Assembly: GCA_050575255.1 (NCBI GenBank)
Contig: JBNZDD010013730.1
Span: 3,423,538-3,487,537 of the forward strand
Origin: Harriotta raleighana
Taxonomy: Eukaryota
Direction: 5' to 3'
DNA: 64,000 bases
The translations under genes and the position numbers were made by a program. Of the stretch, positions 63,380-64,000 are shown in pieces. The notes below the pieces were generated by a model. The model saw nothing but the letters and a program-made list of their open reading frames with translations. It did not search any database and was not told the origin of the DNA. Each line of letters opens with the position of its first letter. Positions within the stretch are counted from its first letter, which is position 1.

Positions 63380-64000
63380 TCAAAAGTACAATTGATTCAG
63401 TGCATGGGAAAAAATAACCACTTCACTGCCCTTCTGTTGATCAATGAGTTATTTTCCACTACATGTCAAAACAATCAAATGTTAACCCTTTGACTTTCAC
63501 TATAATGAGAATTTAGTTTAATTACAAGAGAATCGATTGAATGTTTATTGTGTTTCCTTTGTTCTGATACCAGTTACTCTTAAGCAAACACCATTTATTT
63601 CTGGCATTACTAAATGGGTTTTTAATGAACGATTATAAGGGAATAAGTAATGTTGGTGCATTACACAGTACGAATGTCTTTTGGGGAATGATATGTGGCG
63701 ATCTACTGCCTTATTATTCATTCGTCATGTAATTGCAAAATCAAACAAAGTTAATGTGAAGAAATGTTAACTGCAATGGTATATATCAGTTGTAATATAT
63801 TTTAAAACACATAACTTATCAGAAAATTGTACATGCAGAAAATTGCTCAGTAAAATCAGGCGAATACCATATTTATTATATTGAGTTTCCAAAAAGGTGC
63901 TGACAGACATGCAAAGCTGCTGTCAGGTGGATCGTCTTGACAAATATAACGCTGCCATTTGTATAGAATACAGGGCAATGAGTGGCTATAAGTGACATTC
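63380..64000. promoter_or_regulatory. Candidate conserved non-coding element(s)
   Basis: Unique sequence with TGATCAAT, ATCGAT, TAATGA and inverted TGACAG...CTGTCA (63901-63925). Confidence 0.3.

Noticed and set aside
3500-64000. BARHL2 or any other homeobox coding exon; CRISPR or prokaryotic systems
   Set aside because: No homeodomain translation in the ORF track and no regular repeat-spacer array; the sequence is a vertebrate intergenic region.

Overview
Vertebrate nuclear DNA: AT-rich, with five 132-163 nt N gaps. It is most likely from a cartilaginous fish of the chimaera/elephant-shark type, inferred from the abundant tRNA-head, L2-tailed (ATT)n SINE family and the L2/CR1 LINE remnants. 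The only recognisable protein-coding sequence is the 3' end of ZNF644 on the + strand: two spliced exons (625-727 and 1100-1292) and a ~2.2 kb 3' UTR with AATAAA at 3474. The remaining ~60 kb is gene desert. In other jawed vertebrates this interval lies between ZNF644 and the homeobox gene BARHL2; BARHL2 itself is not in the window. The desert alternates between transposon-rich, CpG-poor stretches and transposon-poor, CpG-retaining, microsatellite-rich stretches (~12.8-27.6 kb and ~37.8-42.4 kb). The latter are packed with TAAT/TGACAG-rich unique blocks that look like conserved developmental enhancers. I found no clearly new system. The best leads are the putative BARHL2 regulatory landscape, several strong hairpins, periodic homeodomain-site arrays, a co-oriented ancient SINE family carrying a CTCF-like motif, and decayed hammerhead-like Penelope motifs. 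All were read by eye; no searches were run.
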